Notes under the pieces: model-generated
Databases searched by the model: none
Told to the model about the DNA's origin: nothing
Seen by the model: the letters and a program-made list of their open reading frames with translations, nothing else
Assembly: GCF_023055435.1 (NCBI RefSeq)
Contig: NW_025963784.1
Span: forward strand, 806,001-870,000
DNA: 64,000 nucleotides
Reading direction: 5' to 3'
Origin: Haliotis rufescens
Taxonomy: Eukaryota
In this document: positions 43,317 through 55,900 of the stretch, in pieces
Layout: every line of letters begins with the position of its first letter
Position numbering within the stretch: the first letter of the stretch is position 1
Translations under genes and position numbers: made by a program

Positions 43317-44447
43317 TTAACCTGACATAGTGGACGGTCCCTGAAGAATGTTCAGAATGTCTTCCCACTCAATCGTACATTTCTCATTGCATCTCCACAG
43401 TGCTCTGACGAGGACCAGGCTGGTGGCAGATCTTCCATTCTTCTCCTTCCACTTCGTAAGCATGTGTACAACCTGCATGTACAGTGAATATGGGCGTGCA
43501 AACGTGACTTGTTCGATAACCACGAGAGTAAGTCCAAGTTCGATGCCGACACACTCAAACCCGATCCCAATGTGACTTGCAACAAGGCTGATATCTCTTT
43601 CAGATACAGGGATATTCAGCCTCTCTTCATTCACAGCATATGCTTGGTTCCAGGGTGTTGTACCTACAAGAACCATTCACAATAAGCATGTACNNNNNNN
43701 NNNNNNNNNNNNNNNNNNNNNNNNNNNNNNNNNNNNNNNNNNNNNNNNNNNNNNNNNNNNNNNNNNNNNNNNNNNNNNNNNNNNNNNNNNNNNNNNNNNN
43801 NNNNNNNNNNNNNNNNNNNNNNNNNNNNNNNNNNNNNNNNNNNNNNNNNNNNNNNNNNNNNNNNNNNNNNNNNNNNNNNNNNNNNNNNNNNNNNNNNNNN
43901 NNNNNNNNCAATTTTCCCTATCAATATTCTACGTTATTTTAACTTATCTTAAGATTAAATTCACTCACTTGTGGATGCACAAACAATGGGAATAATGTCA
44001 AGCTTGCATCTGATAAAGCATAACGTGACACACAATCCATATCTTACATTTAGTAAAACGATTAATGCGACTGAACGTACCTCTCAGTTCAAGCTGATGG
44101 TTATAATAGCAGGTAATGTGGTCGTCTGTCTTGGACATTTTCTGGAATCAAAATGAACACAATGAGGCATATTCCTGGTGACGCTTGGATCCCGCATATT
44201 GTAAACTTTATACCTGTTTTAAACCACGATTGAGAACTGTAGCATCACAAGAAGTAGGGTAATGTTACATACACTAGTATACAAAAATAAACATAAAGTC
44301 GCAATTGCACGTGTACACACGAGGACGCGCATAAACACTGATGAACAGTGTCACGCTGACATTCATTAATTTTAGGGAAAATACGTGAAGGGAATCTTCA
44401 CCTACCTGATATCTGAATCTTGACCAGTATGCAACAATATTACCCAT
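43317..44447 (-). CDS. Death-domain-only protein, copy DD8 (exons 44447-44406, 44141-44081, 43663-43317; 149 aa, intact)
   Basis: MGNIVAYWSRFRYQ|KMSKTDDHITCYYNHQLELR|GTTPWNQAYAVNEERLNIPVSERDISLVASHIGIGFECVGIELGL... Open frame with canonical splice sites. Confidence 0.85.
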
Positions 44448-44554
44448 GCTGCCTATATCTACGACGTCTCGTGAGAAAATGAAACACACATGTGTATCCC
44501 TCAGTCGCCGCGACAACTGTGCACAACTACTTTTAACACCTATGAATAGGGAAA

Positions 44555-44656
44555 GGGGATTCCCCCTGCTTGCAAGGCGAGAATTGTAGTAGGCGCTGAG
44601 GGACAGCGACCAGATGTGACAACCTTGTTCCGGCTCTCGGACTGCGGATTTTCGGA
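44555..44656 (-). promoter_or_regulatory. DD8 promoter: kB site GGGGATTCCCC (44555-44565) and CGGATTTTCGGA (44645-44656)
   Basis: Positional conservation; the kB site is 108 bp upstream of the ATG. Confidence 0.6.
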
Positions 44657-45415
44657 TTTCATAAGCCATTTCAGTCTTGGGGTGTGTGTGGGTGAAATAG
44701 CAGTGGCGGTGTAAGTACCTGTTTCACTCACTGGGCCTGCTTTCTAGTCCAGGTGCATTAAACGACTGGTTGGTTTGAGTTGAATCATCAGTATGCACAT
44801 CGTGTGCATTGATACTGGGGCGGTGGGTAGCCCAGCGGTTATAGAGTGTACGTGTAGGTAAAGGGGCATCCGGATATGTAGTGATATTGGCACTTAATTT
44901 CTATAATTAATAATATTTCTGTTTTATTAAATGATCTATCTCTTTACTTTGAGCGTGTTGCTTTCATCAACTCATGAAAACATTTACATTTAGTACTAAC
45001 GACTAAATGACTTTATCGCGCGTATCCAAACCATGGGCTAATTACGTCTGTAACCGAACCACCCCTCGTAACCCAATCACCCCGGGCCACCACTCGGCAC
45101 CGTGCCCGGGGAATAATCCCGCGCAAGCATCATCCCGCCCTTTGTTAGTCCGTCATTCGCGAGCAACCCTTCCCCAAGTACACACGTGTGTCACTGTAGC
45201 TAATCGCTTTCGCTTTGGACGTTTCTTTTGTACCCAGTCGCGACGGTTTTGCCGATTACGCTTCGAATACCATCTATTCCAACACTCGCCGTATCGCATT
45301 TACACAATCGCGACCGTTTCGCCGATAACGCTTTAAATACCATCTATTTTCAGCACTCGCCGTATCGCATTTATTCCGTTCTACTCCCGAACTTCACCCT
45401 CGGGACAATTTACGC

Positions 45416-46600
45416 TTGTGGAATACCAACTCACCACCTCGACCTTTCGTGATGCCTCCCAAGAGAAGAGCAACCGTCAACCACAAGCTTGTGAGGGGAG
45501 CCAAGCAGCCCAGGACAACCAGAAGACAAACCCCGGGAGTACACATTATGCAGGAGGCAACAGCTGATGGTGAGTCTTCCAATTACGGAAATATCGAAGG
45601 TGGCAACAGAATTAACGTACAATCGGCGCAGCTTGTAAATGCCGTGCAGGCTGCCAACTCGGCTACCCAGGTAAACGAGCAACTGGAAAAAATACTCCAG
45701 TTGCTGGAACATTCAGCGCCTGGCCCGGTTAGCGCAAACCAACAGGTAAGGCGTGGTTTTAGTTCTCCCGCCATTTCGCCCAACATAGGGAGAATCCCCG
45801 ATGCTCTCAACGAGGCCGACGGTGACGCGGCTTGGCCAGCCAATCACACCGCAAGATACGGGGATTCCCTTTCTTTCCGTGCGGACGGGATAGACGCGCA
45901 CGTCAAACAACAGGTGAGGGAAAAAATCTGGCGTGGCGAGTATGTCGACCTCGGCACAATACTACCAAACAACGAGGGAGGTCACGAGGACGGTACGATT
46001 ACCATGGCGTACGACTCCTCAGGTAAGGTAATTTTTAAACCAATTAAGCAGCAACCAAAGCGTCTGTCCCTGGCAAGCTGGACTTCAGCTTTCCACATTT
46101 TCATGTGTATATATGTTAGTAGGCACTCCGAAGTCCGCACACCCCAGGGGTTGCTGTCCTACATGGAAACCATAAGGACGGCGGCACTTCGATTCGGGGG
46201 GGATGCCTGGTCAACCTACGACCAACAATTCCGACACAGAATGTCAAGGGACCCCTCACGACGCTGGGACAACATCGACGGGGAGTTGTGGCTGAAGTAC
46301 ATGGTAACACAGCCGGTACGACAACCAGAATCAGGCGGACGGGGCGCAATGACACGCGTACAGGGGGACATCGCCAGTCAGGTATGCTGGGATTTCAATA
46401 AATTTGGCTGTAGCAGGGTCAACTGTAAGTACACTCACAAATGCGGTAAGTGTGGCAAACATTCCCACAGCTCTAGGACCTGCTTTCGAGGGAATGGGGT
46501 CCAACCGACCCCATACAAGCCCAATCAGCCTTTTCCTAACAGAAAACAAGCCGGCAAGGCAGGTAAATTCAATGGCCCCTTCCCCCGTGGACCTCAATGA
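45416..46600 (+). CDS. Gag-like ORF1 of the Ngaro/DIRS element (first ATG at 45452)
   Basis: KIWRGEYVDL, WTSAFHIF, WSTYDQQFR and a C-terminal zinc finger CWDFNKFGC..C.YTH.C..C..H....C. Confidence 0.8.
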   Translation: MWNTNSPPRPFVMPPKRRATVNHKLVRGAKQPRTTRRQTPGVHIMQEATADGESSNYGNIEGGNRINVQSAQLVNAVQAANSATQVNEQLEKILQLLEHSAPGPVSANQQVRRGFSSPAISPNIGRIPDALNEADGDAAWPANHTARYGDSLSFRADGIDAHVKQQVREKIWRGEYVDLGTILPNNEGGHEDGTITMAYDSSGKVIFKPIKQQPKRLSLASWTSAFHIFMCIYVSRHSEVRTPQGLLSYMETIRTAALRFGGDAWSTYDQQFRHRMSRDPSRRWDNIDGELWLKYMVTQPVRQPESGGRGAMTRVQGDIASQVCWDFNKFGCSRVNCKYTHKCGKCGKHSHSSRTCFRGNGVQPTPYKPNQPFPNRKQAGKAGKFNGPFPRGPQ

Positions 46601-48183
46601 AATGGCACCTTGGTTACGCCAATATGCTAGGGTCAATTACAGAGATGCAAATTATTTATGGGTAGGATTTAGCTTTGGCTTTAAGCTCGAGTTCCAGGGA
46701 AGCCGCACGGGTCGCCTGGCACGAAACTTGCGATCAGCCACGCACCAAGACACGGCAGGCTACGTGAAACAAAAACTACAAAAGGAAGTCGACCTTGGCA
46801 GGATGGCGGGCCCCTTCAAGGACACCCCCCTAGACAACCTCCAAGTATCCCCAATGGGCCTGGTGCCCATGAAGCAGCCAGGATATGGTCAGCACCTGGG
46901 TAAGCATGCGGAGGAATTCCGTCTAATTCACCATCTATCCTATCCCAGGGGTAAATCTATAAATGACTTCATAGACACAGAGGCCTGCTCCGTTGTGTAC
47001 GCTCGATTTGATGAAGCTACCCATATGGTTCAACAACTGGGAAAGGGAGCACTACTAGCAAAATTCGACATTCAGTCGGCCTTTAGAATTATACCAGTCC
47101 ACCCATCCGATTTCGAGCTGCTAGGCATCAGATTCGAAGGTGAGTTCTATTTCGATAAATACTTACCATTTGGCTGCTCCATATCTTGCGCCATATTTGA
47201 AACGTTTAGTACCTTCTTGCAATGGTGCATGCAATCGCATCTTCCAACGCGTCCGATCATGCATTACCTGGATGACTTCCTAACGGGGGGCCAAGCAGGC
47301 ACCAGCCACTGCTCAGACAACCTCAACGGATGCGTGAATACACTTGAACAGCTTGGGGTTCCTATTGCGCACGACAAGACGGTGGGCCCCACAACCAAAC
47401 TGACATTCCTAGGGCTGGAAATCGACACCATTGCAATGCAGATCAGAATCCCAGAGCCCAAGATCAAGGAGGCAACAAGAGAAATCCATGACATCCTGTC
47501 AACAGGTAACATCAAGGTCACAAAAAGGGCCCTTCAGTCCCTCATAGGCAAGCTTAACTTTATGTGCAGGGCTATACCAATGGCAAGGGCATTCAGCCGC
47601 AGGCTAATCGACCTGCTTAGCAAAGGTAAGCAACCATTTCACCACATTAGGATTACCACCTGGGTCAAGGAAGACCTACAAATGTGGTTAACATTTCTTA
47701 CGAGTTACAACGGCATTTCAGTGTTTCAGGACCAACTATGGGTGGACAGCGATTTCCTCCAGCTGTTTTCAGACGCAGCGGGCGGCGCCGGCTTTGGGGC
47801 CTACATGCAGGGCAAATGGTTTAACGGCGCATGGCCAACCCAGTGGGTGACGGATGGAACTACACGGGACTTGACGCTCCTGGAGCTGTTCCCCATCACA
47901 CTGGCCATCCAAATCTGGGGCAAGCAACTCGCAAACAAAAAGGTCCTCTTTTACAATAATCAACAAGCAGTCAACCAAGGCCCCCAGAGTGATGAGCCTA
48001 CTCCGTCGCCTAATCCTGCAGTGTCTCCGATTTAATATTATGTTTAAGGCGAAGTATGTATGTTCCACTGCTAACACTATTGCCGATGCTCTCTCGAGGT
48101 TTCAGCTCAAACGCTTCCGAGAGGCAGCACCAGCCGCGGACCAGAACCCCACACCTATCCCGTGCAACATATGGCTGATCTGA
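46404..48183 (+). CDS. Reverse transcriptase / RNase H ORF2 of the Ngaro/DIRS element, frameshifted near 47955
   Basis: FRLIHHLSYP, LAKFDIQSAFR, LPFGCSIS, HYLDDFL. RNase H motifs LFSDAAG and LLELFPI. The DN motif is lost by deletion, and NTIADALSRFQ continues in another frame. Confidence 0.9.
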
Positions 48184-48543
48184 GGCAGGAAGCCGCCACG
48201 GCGCAGCCCCAGAGCCCTCATCATTCACCTGGGCTCCAACGACCTGTGCTCGGTCAAGGGCAGCCAACTCTACCTTGACATGGTGGCATCAATCCTTCGG
48301 ATACAACTCCAGCTTCCTGACACCAGGATCATCGTATCCTCAATGCTGCCCAGGCGCTACTGGCACGATGCCAGGGACCCACTAAAGATCGAGGGGATGC
48401 GGAAGAATATCAACCGCCGACAGGCCAACCGAGTCAAAGACAAGACATGGTACGCCTGGGAGGGCGTCCACCTCAGCGACAAAGGCCTGTGTGTGTTTAC
48501 GGACAATTTATTGCATGCCCTGGCGCTCGTTTTGCGCCAGTAA
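48184..48543 (+). pseudogene. SGNH/GDSL hydrolase remnant (C-terminal part of the element's last ORF)
   Basis: IIHLGSNDL (block III), IIVSSMLPR and EGVHLS (block V). The N-terminal part and the tyrosine recombinase are missing. Confidence 0.7.
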
Positions 48544-51500
48544 AGATATTATCTCCACAGGTTAGTGTTTCCTTTCAGTACATAGGCAAGCCGGGCAACA
48601 ATGCTATCTCCGCGCATCGCGTGGCCGTGGGTGTGGGGTAGCACTCGGGGGCTTTGTTGCGGGGTTCTTGTGGGCTACACTGCTAGTAACAAATTAACTT
48701 GCTTCCAAATTAATACTCGTGCTTAAGGCTACCTGCTTTTCAGCGGGAATCTTTCTGGGGTTACCTGCTTCTCAGTGGGAACCTTGTCTTTCCCGACTTT
48801 TCAGCCGGGGAATCGTAAAATAACATACGTTGGGGCAAACAATTGCCCCGTATATGGGCCCGGCGGTTGTTTTGCTAATGGGGCCGGGCAGTGTGATCTG
48901 CTTTGGCCGGCTACCTGGGGCCGGGCAGCGGTAGTCTGACTTAGGCCAGCAGCGTGGAGCTGCTTTTGGCAGCGTGGGTGTTGCCAAGCAATGGTAGCGT
49001 TTAAATATGCTACCGTGGGGGCCGGACAGCGGTAGCAGTCCCAGGCCAGCAGCGCTAGCTGCTTTTTGGTGTACACAATTAGCAGCTAAGTAGCCCACTA
49101 GTACCTGCACACCCTCGGCCATTTAACCCAACCTCATCTTCTGTTTTTATTATAGGCACGGGAACCCACGGCTCGGTGGCCCGTGCCTCTCCTTGGCATA
49201 TCGCGGGATAATTGCCTGTTGTTCTCAGCACACGTTTCTTATCATCCGAAAAATCCGACAGAACGTGTGCCAGGTATTGACATATTCATTCACTACACAC
49301 TTGACTTCGCCAGGAGAGATATCGTCCGCCTGTCTATAAATAGCGGCCCATAAATAGGGATAGTCCCTGTCGCACAACTAATACGATCGAACCAATAGTG
49401 TACAAATAGTATCAAATTCGAGTTTCCAATACACAGAATGTAGGCCTCAAATGATGTAAGAGTCATCAGAGATTGTGGTGATGTGACCTGGCAGTCTTTT
49501 CAGCCTAGCGCTGTGTAATAGATATATATACGAGCCCAGTGTATGGTGTCTTGCTGTGTTATCGCCCTTCATGTAAAGGAAGTTTAGTGGGGATTACATT
49601 ACAGGCCATGGCACATTTTTCAAAAGTTTGTATTTGAAATCAGGAATAAATTTATGATGTAAAATGTATCAAATAAGATAATGAGGAAAAACACACCCGT
49701 ACGCATAACGATACTATTCTAATACAGAATAAATAAGGTGTTTTTTTTCAATGCAAACATACTCAACAGTCGATAGTTAATTTGGAGCAGTCAAAGCTCT
49801 ATTAAAGGCATATAACAGCCTTAGCTATAGAGGAAAGGACATTGTCTGTCTGTCTGTTCCAGTTGTTTGTATCTGCAACCCAACAATTAATTGAGGAGTT
49901 GATGACTCCGGTGCAGGTGAGGATTTGGCTTACAGACGTGCCTTGATGAAACTAATACGTAACACCTGATCACGAACTGCACATGCCCCTTTGACAACCA
50001 CGGTACAGTGTTTGAACCGATCTAGGTCCGAAAATCCGACAAACGTCAACCTTGCAAGGCTATAAATATATGTCGCTACATGGATGCACATACCGGCGTA
50101 TATACATTGTAGCAGTGACTGGCAAAAGGTTCGTTGGAGTTATGATGTCACACTCAAGTGGTTTTCGTACACTATGACACCGATTGAGTTTAAGATCGAA
50201 GGTAGGGTTCCGTTCCACAATATATAATTTTCAATGCATGAGAATAAATATATGACTGTACCATTGAAAATCAATGATGACACCAGGTGTTCGCGGAAAG
50301 GGTGCACATGTCCTGTCCTACCGGTAGCACCCGTCATTCATACAAAGCGATCGTAGCACCAGGACGACCGTAACTCCCACACTTGAGCATAGACCTACGA
50401 CAGTCGTAGCGCTAAGATCGCTTTGTGAAACGGGGCCTGCGAAGCCATACACAATGTAAAGGCGTCATATGTGGACAATATTAAGCTGAACCTTTCCGGC
50501 AGCTATGTTGTTTGGTTAATGTATGTGACAGCAGTGTGCATACAGTATTCTTCCAGGGGGAGGTGTAACTGATAAGATTATCAGGTACTGCACATGGCAT
50601 TTAATTCATTTCGCAATATCATTTAGTGGGCGAAAACGTGCTTAGAGTATTTAGGGCTGCATGTCATTGTGTGTGGGAAGGTGAAAATGACATTTAACAA
50701 CTGACTCAAAGAAGTAAACATCCACAAGAAAATAATTGATTGCAATACTGTTTACGGTTCAGCTAAGACACTACTGCTGCATATTATGTCCAGGAAACTC
50801 ATTGAATCCAGTATGGTTACTCGCTATTTCAACGTTTTAGTGTTTCCCAAGTGTAAACTGCGTACATGTAGATACTTGGCTACATAACGCGATTGTTTAC
50901 AGACCGCCGTTATAAAGCTGGAATATTGCTGAGTGTGGCGTTAAACAACAAACGAACGAACGAACGAGATCTACATCCATCTGGTCAACCCTGTCCACCC
51001 TGTCACCCACCTCTATTTACCCTCTTACCTTTTAATTCAAATCGTCTGAGCCAGAGAATATTCAGTCTCTATTATGTGGCGAAACAGGTTCCACAGCCTG
51101 TAAATGTAAAATTGTTCATATGATCAGAGACAAAATCAATCAGGTATGACACCAGGTCCTCACGAAAGGGTAAACATGCCCTGCTGTATCTATATAACCT
51201 CCTACTCACCTAACGCTGCACTCAAAACAATACTTCTGCCACACGGCTCTATCACTAAACCGCCTCTGTGGTCTAGTGATAGAGCATCCATCCGGAGAGC
51301 GGAAGGCACGTGCACGTCGCTATATAAGTGTACTAAACTTAGACGTGACCTTAAACCCAAGTTTCTTTCCCTTCAGGTCTTACTTCGTGAAATAACGTCT
51401 ACCTTTCGCATTGAATGCGTCAGCAGCACTGGGTTTTCAGTGATCTTAAAGTATCCACATTGTCTGACCTGGTCATGTTTTAACGATGGGAACGATGGGT

Positions 51501-52946
51501 GCGTCCAAATCACTGAGATCAAAGCTTGGATATGATACTCGACTGTTCAAAGTCTATCCAGATCAGCTTCAACATCCTCCTGGAGCGGATATGGCACATG
51601 TCTTGTCTTGAAGAATCTGGGTGCAGAATCATCTGGTAATTTGCCTTAAGGTGAGGTGAGGACACAGTTTACTGACTCCGAGCCGACCAGTCCTTGTTTT
51701 AGCCCCTTAATGCCGAGCGCCACATGGGTGCAGAATCATCTGGTACAGCTAAATTTGGCTTGGCTTCATTCAACTTCACTAGTCTTTCCCTTCCGAGTCT
51801 TACTTAATCATTATCGTTTGGTCTAAAACGTCTTGAGTCTAAATATATTGACTCCAACTAACAACAAAAACACATATTTCATAAACAACCTGTGATTTTT
51901 TTTTATGAAATATTGATTTTTAGTTTACTTTTCATTTTTGAAAGTCAGATTGAAACCATTTCAATATCTCAGACAAAATTGTTATGGATGATATCAATAT
52001 CGAACGGAGTTGAAACAATGTTGATACAATGTTTTTCAAGTAAGCAAACTCAGATCAACCAAATTTCAACATGAGAACAATGACAATGCTGGGATACTTC
52101 AATGGAGGAAGACATTATTAATTATAATTATCTGTGTAAGTTGGGGTACAGGTTATTATGAAAATTGTTAAAAAAACATCCTCGGCGACGAGGAGTACAA
52201 TGTGTGAAGCCAATTTCTGGTGTCCCCCGCCGTGATATTGCTGGAATATTGCTAAAAGCGGCGTAAAACCATACTCACTCACTCATTCTCTCAGTGAGCA
52301 AAGGTTGAACCAGGCAATAAAGATCAACAGAGGTCATTGTTACAATATCAGAAACCTTTGAAAACAATAGGTTTCTAACTGAGTAACATTTCTCTACTCA
52401 TGTCGCCAGACAACAATATTGTAATTTGTAATATTATGTTATATTTTGATCAAGACCTGATTTGAAACCACAATAAAGTATGTATATTAAGTGGATTCAC
52501 CTGATCACGAAGACTGACGCTTTTTTGGATTGTTACTCGGACATGTACAATGCTCATCTTGAAATATGGTCACACAGTGTACTGCAGAAATAATGCAGGG
52601 TAATAACAAATATCATCATTTAACGTCGTTTGGTAAAACGCGGCCGGGGCTCGAACCACCTATTTTCCGCTCTCCGGACAGACTCGCTTTATTTTCCCCG
52701 CAAGCCACACACAGAACAACAAACCAATAACAGAACGTCCCATGCGGTACAAGGAGAGACGTTTATGAAGCCCTGAGGCGTTATAACAAGACCAACACTG
52801 ATGCGTAGACAAATACAGGGTACATAATGAATATTCATGCTTGGGTGTAGTTCAGCATATAACCTTTTGTCATCTATAGGTTCAAATGAACAACTGATTA
52901 TTTATCACGGCTGTGTGACTCATGGGTCTATTAATAACTTTACAAA

Positions 52947-55900
52947 ATGGCGCCTAATCCGAAACCACCCGAGCCTTACCTGACAGGGAGAACCTCAGCC
53001 CTTAAAGTGGAGGAGATTGTTAACATTCTGAGGAGTCCAGATGAGAGCAATACCATCCAGACTGCCCCCGTCACACCCCAGGGAGGGGAGGTGTACCTCT
53101 ATAAGATAACCTCGGGAATGAGAGAAGGTGAGGCAGTTGTGTTCAGGCTCAATATACCGCGGGTAAGGGATTAATACATATGAACAATGTTAATATTTCA
53201 TGGAAAGCTGTTATTATTTATTAAACAATTTGAATTCAAAGGGTTTGTTATGCACACATGACCAATGTCCTCAAAAGCCACATTCATATACATGTACGTT
53301 ATTAGTAATAGTCTGCTTGACGTCGGGGTCACCCTGCCCTGGTATCAGCTTCCTTGTACAGCCCTGTGATAACAGATTTTATGTTCGTTAATATTGTTGA
53401 CAAGTGATTGTCATGCAATAAGTGACTACGTGAATTAAGTTTATTTGTCTATATCATTGTTTAAAACGACTTCTTTTGCAAAATGTTCTATCTTTGTTTT
53501 TCTTTTCACTCTTTCCATCCCCTTTACAACAATTGTGTACTTAAATAATGAACATTGTTTGATGTCAACTTATAGAAAATCCATTGTTGGATTAATCAAT
53601 ATGGGCTAAACAAGAATCAAGTATCGTGTTGCATCTCAGGGAAGGAGAAAAGGACATGGTATTTATCATCACAACCTCTAATACAACATATTTATGCATG
53701 ACCTTACAGCTGATTTGGCATTAAGGTGGGTTGATTTTAGAGTTATGTTGCACTATTGACTGTTCACAGTTTTATTAATTAACATCTACATCACAGGTGA
53801 CACACTAACACACAAAGAATTTTGGGGGATAGTTCATCTTCAGGATTACAACATTGTTTGCAATGTTATGATATTAATTTCTATTTGCAGATATCTGGAA
53901 GGATGACAAATATCACTTCAGAAGTGATGGAACTCGGAAGCAGCCTGGCTCAAGTCCAGTCATAGTGAAGCAGTACCACAAGGCTAACACCGAGGACAAG
54001 ACAACAACAAGGGCCTTTGTCAGAGAAGCATCGTATCTGTACAACCAGCCTCTGAAACACGTTCTAATGCAATATATCGGGGACCACACACAAGCACAGC
54101 CTGCTCCCCAACGCAAGAAGCGTGGCCAACAGACAGTTAATACCTCAGGTGACAGTAAATGTAGGAAAGTAGAATCAACTGGTGGAGCTGTGCAGTCAGG
54201 TGTCACGGAGAACACTAACTCCAACCTGGACCCTGAAGATCATTCATCACCGACAGAATTGGAAGACAATGGTAAATCAAACAGTATTCTAGGTGTAACA
54301 TTGAATGGAGCAAAGGTGTCAGAGACTGAAACAAAGAATGATCACGACACAAATCAGAAACGCTGCAGGACAGGAGATCATAGAAGTGATGATGACATTG
54401 AATATTTGGGTACAACGTCAGGCTCCCCTGTCAAGAAACCTCGTTTGCACCCTCAAGTTGAAAATGACAACACAGTTTTAACCTTTGTCAATAACACACA
54501 CTATTCTTATCTGTACACTTTTCTAGAAGAAGTAGAAAGAAATCGTGATGTGATAAAGGTCGTGCAACAAGTCCTAGCATTATCTAGGTGCTGGAACAAG
54601 GACTGTACCAACAAAGGCAATCCGTGCTTCTCACTCATTGAAGAGGTTGACAAAAACTGGAATCTAGATTCAATAAAAGCAAGGAACTTGGTTAAATGTG
54701 CTGTTAATACTGACGGTCTGAGCTGGAACCAAGACCGGTCAGTTTACATAAACCTCATCGCAGCAGTACTTGTTGGAGCATGCCATACCAGGACTGAAGT
54801 ACAGGACTTTGTGAAAACACTGAAGGATCCTCCTTCACACCTGCAGCATGTACAAGAGGACGTCCCCCTGTCACGTGAATGTACATACACAGTTGGCTGC
54901 TACACCATCAGAGGAGATGTTCTGTCTCGCCTGGAAACCAACGAGTGGCTGACAGATGAAGTAAGTTGTCCACCTGCAATATTTGCACAATCACACAAAC
55001 TACGTGCCTAGTTAACCATCCAAGAAAATCATTTCATAGAGCATGAGAGGCTTTCGATTTCATCAAATGATGTCAGTATTAGATATTAACTGGGGGCGTG
55101 AGGGTGGTGAGTGGTTCAGTCACCTAATACTCATTGATAGTGCCTTGAGGTAGGGGAGCTTGAGCTTGAGTTTGGTTAAACGCCTCTTTTTGACAGTAGT
55201 GTCATGGTGAGTTTGATTAAATTCTGAAGAAAGTGATGCACATCTTTGACGTTAACCACTTTGTTGATTCCCATGGTGAATCTGCATAGCGAAATGCGGC
55301 GCCTTGGACCACTGAGACCCCATCTTAAGATTAATACAGTAACTTTTGGCGGTTTCTTCTTTTTACACCAGTATTAGTTAACTATCAATTCATATAATGG
55401 TGCTTATTATCAACTCATTGCCATGCATCTCGATTCTGCAATGATAACACTACTCACCTGCAATGGGCATTGTACACAAAATCTAGTACATCACCAGTCA
55501 AATTGTCAGTCATTGCTAACAGCCGATATATTCTCTTCATGATAAATATGTGATGTGCAGCGGATCCTGCTTTGATTTGAAATTACAAGCGTTCCTTTTG
55601 AAGCAAACGCATTGGGCGATTAAACAGTATAATAAACATTCTAATAAATGAACTCTTTCCTGTCCAGATCATGGACACATACCTGCACCTCCTGGAGGGA
55701 GAGTGGTGTTCCCGTGTCAGCTTCCACTGTCTGGTGCTGCCTACAGAGACAATCCTACTGTGGGAGGCAGGACAGTACACAGACAGAATAAGGGGGAAAG
55801 ATGTGAGTGACGTGAGATTTTTATATTTCTTATAATTCTTTCATTCCGAGTGTACTATTGCATGTCCACCATACCATGAACAAGGGCAAGACTCGAAATA

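Larger units (their letters stand above)
44986..49211 (+). mobile_element. Tyrosine-recombinase-class retrotransposon (Ngaro/DIRS-like), internally deleted
   Basis: GC-rich 4.2-kb insertion absent from the paralogous site at ~13697 (AAAACATTTGCCTG). Only TT is shared at the junctions, with no longer TSD. It contains gag, an overlapping RT/RNase H ORF and an SGNH-hydrolase remnant. Confidence 0.9.
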
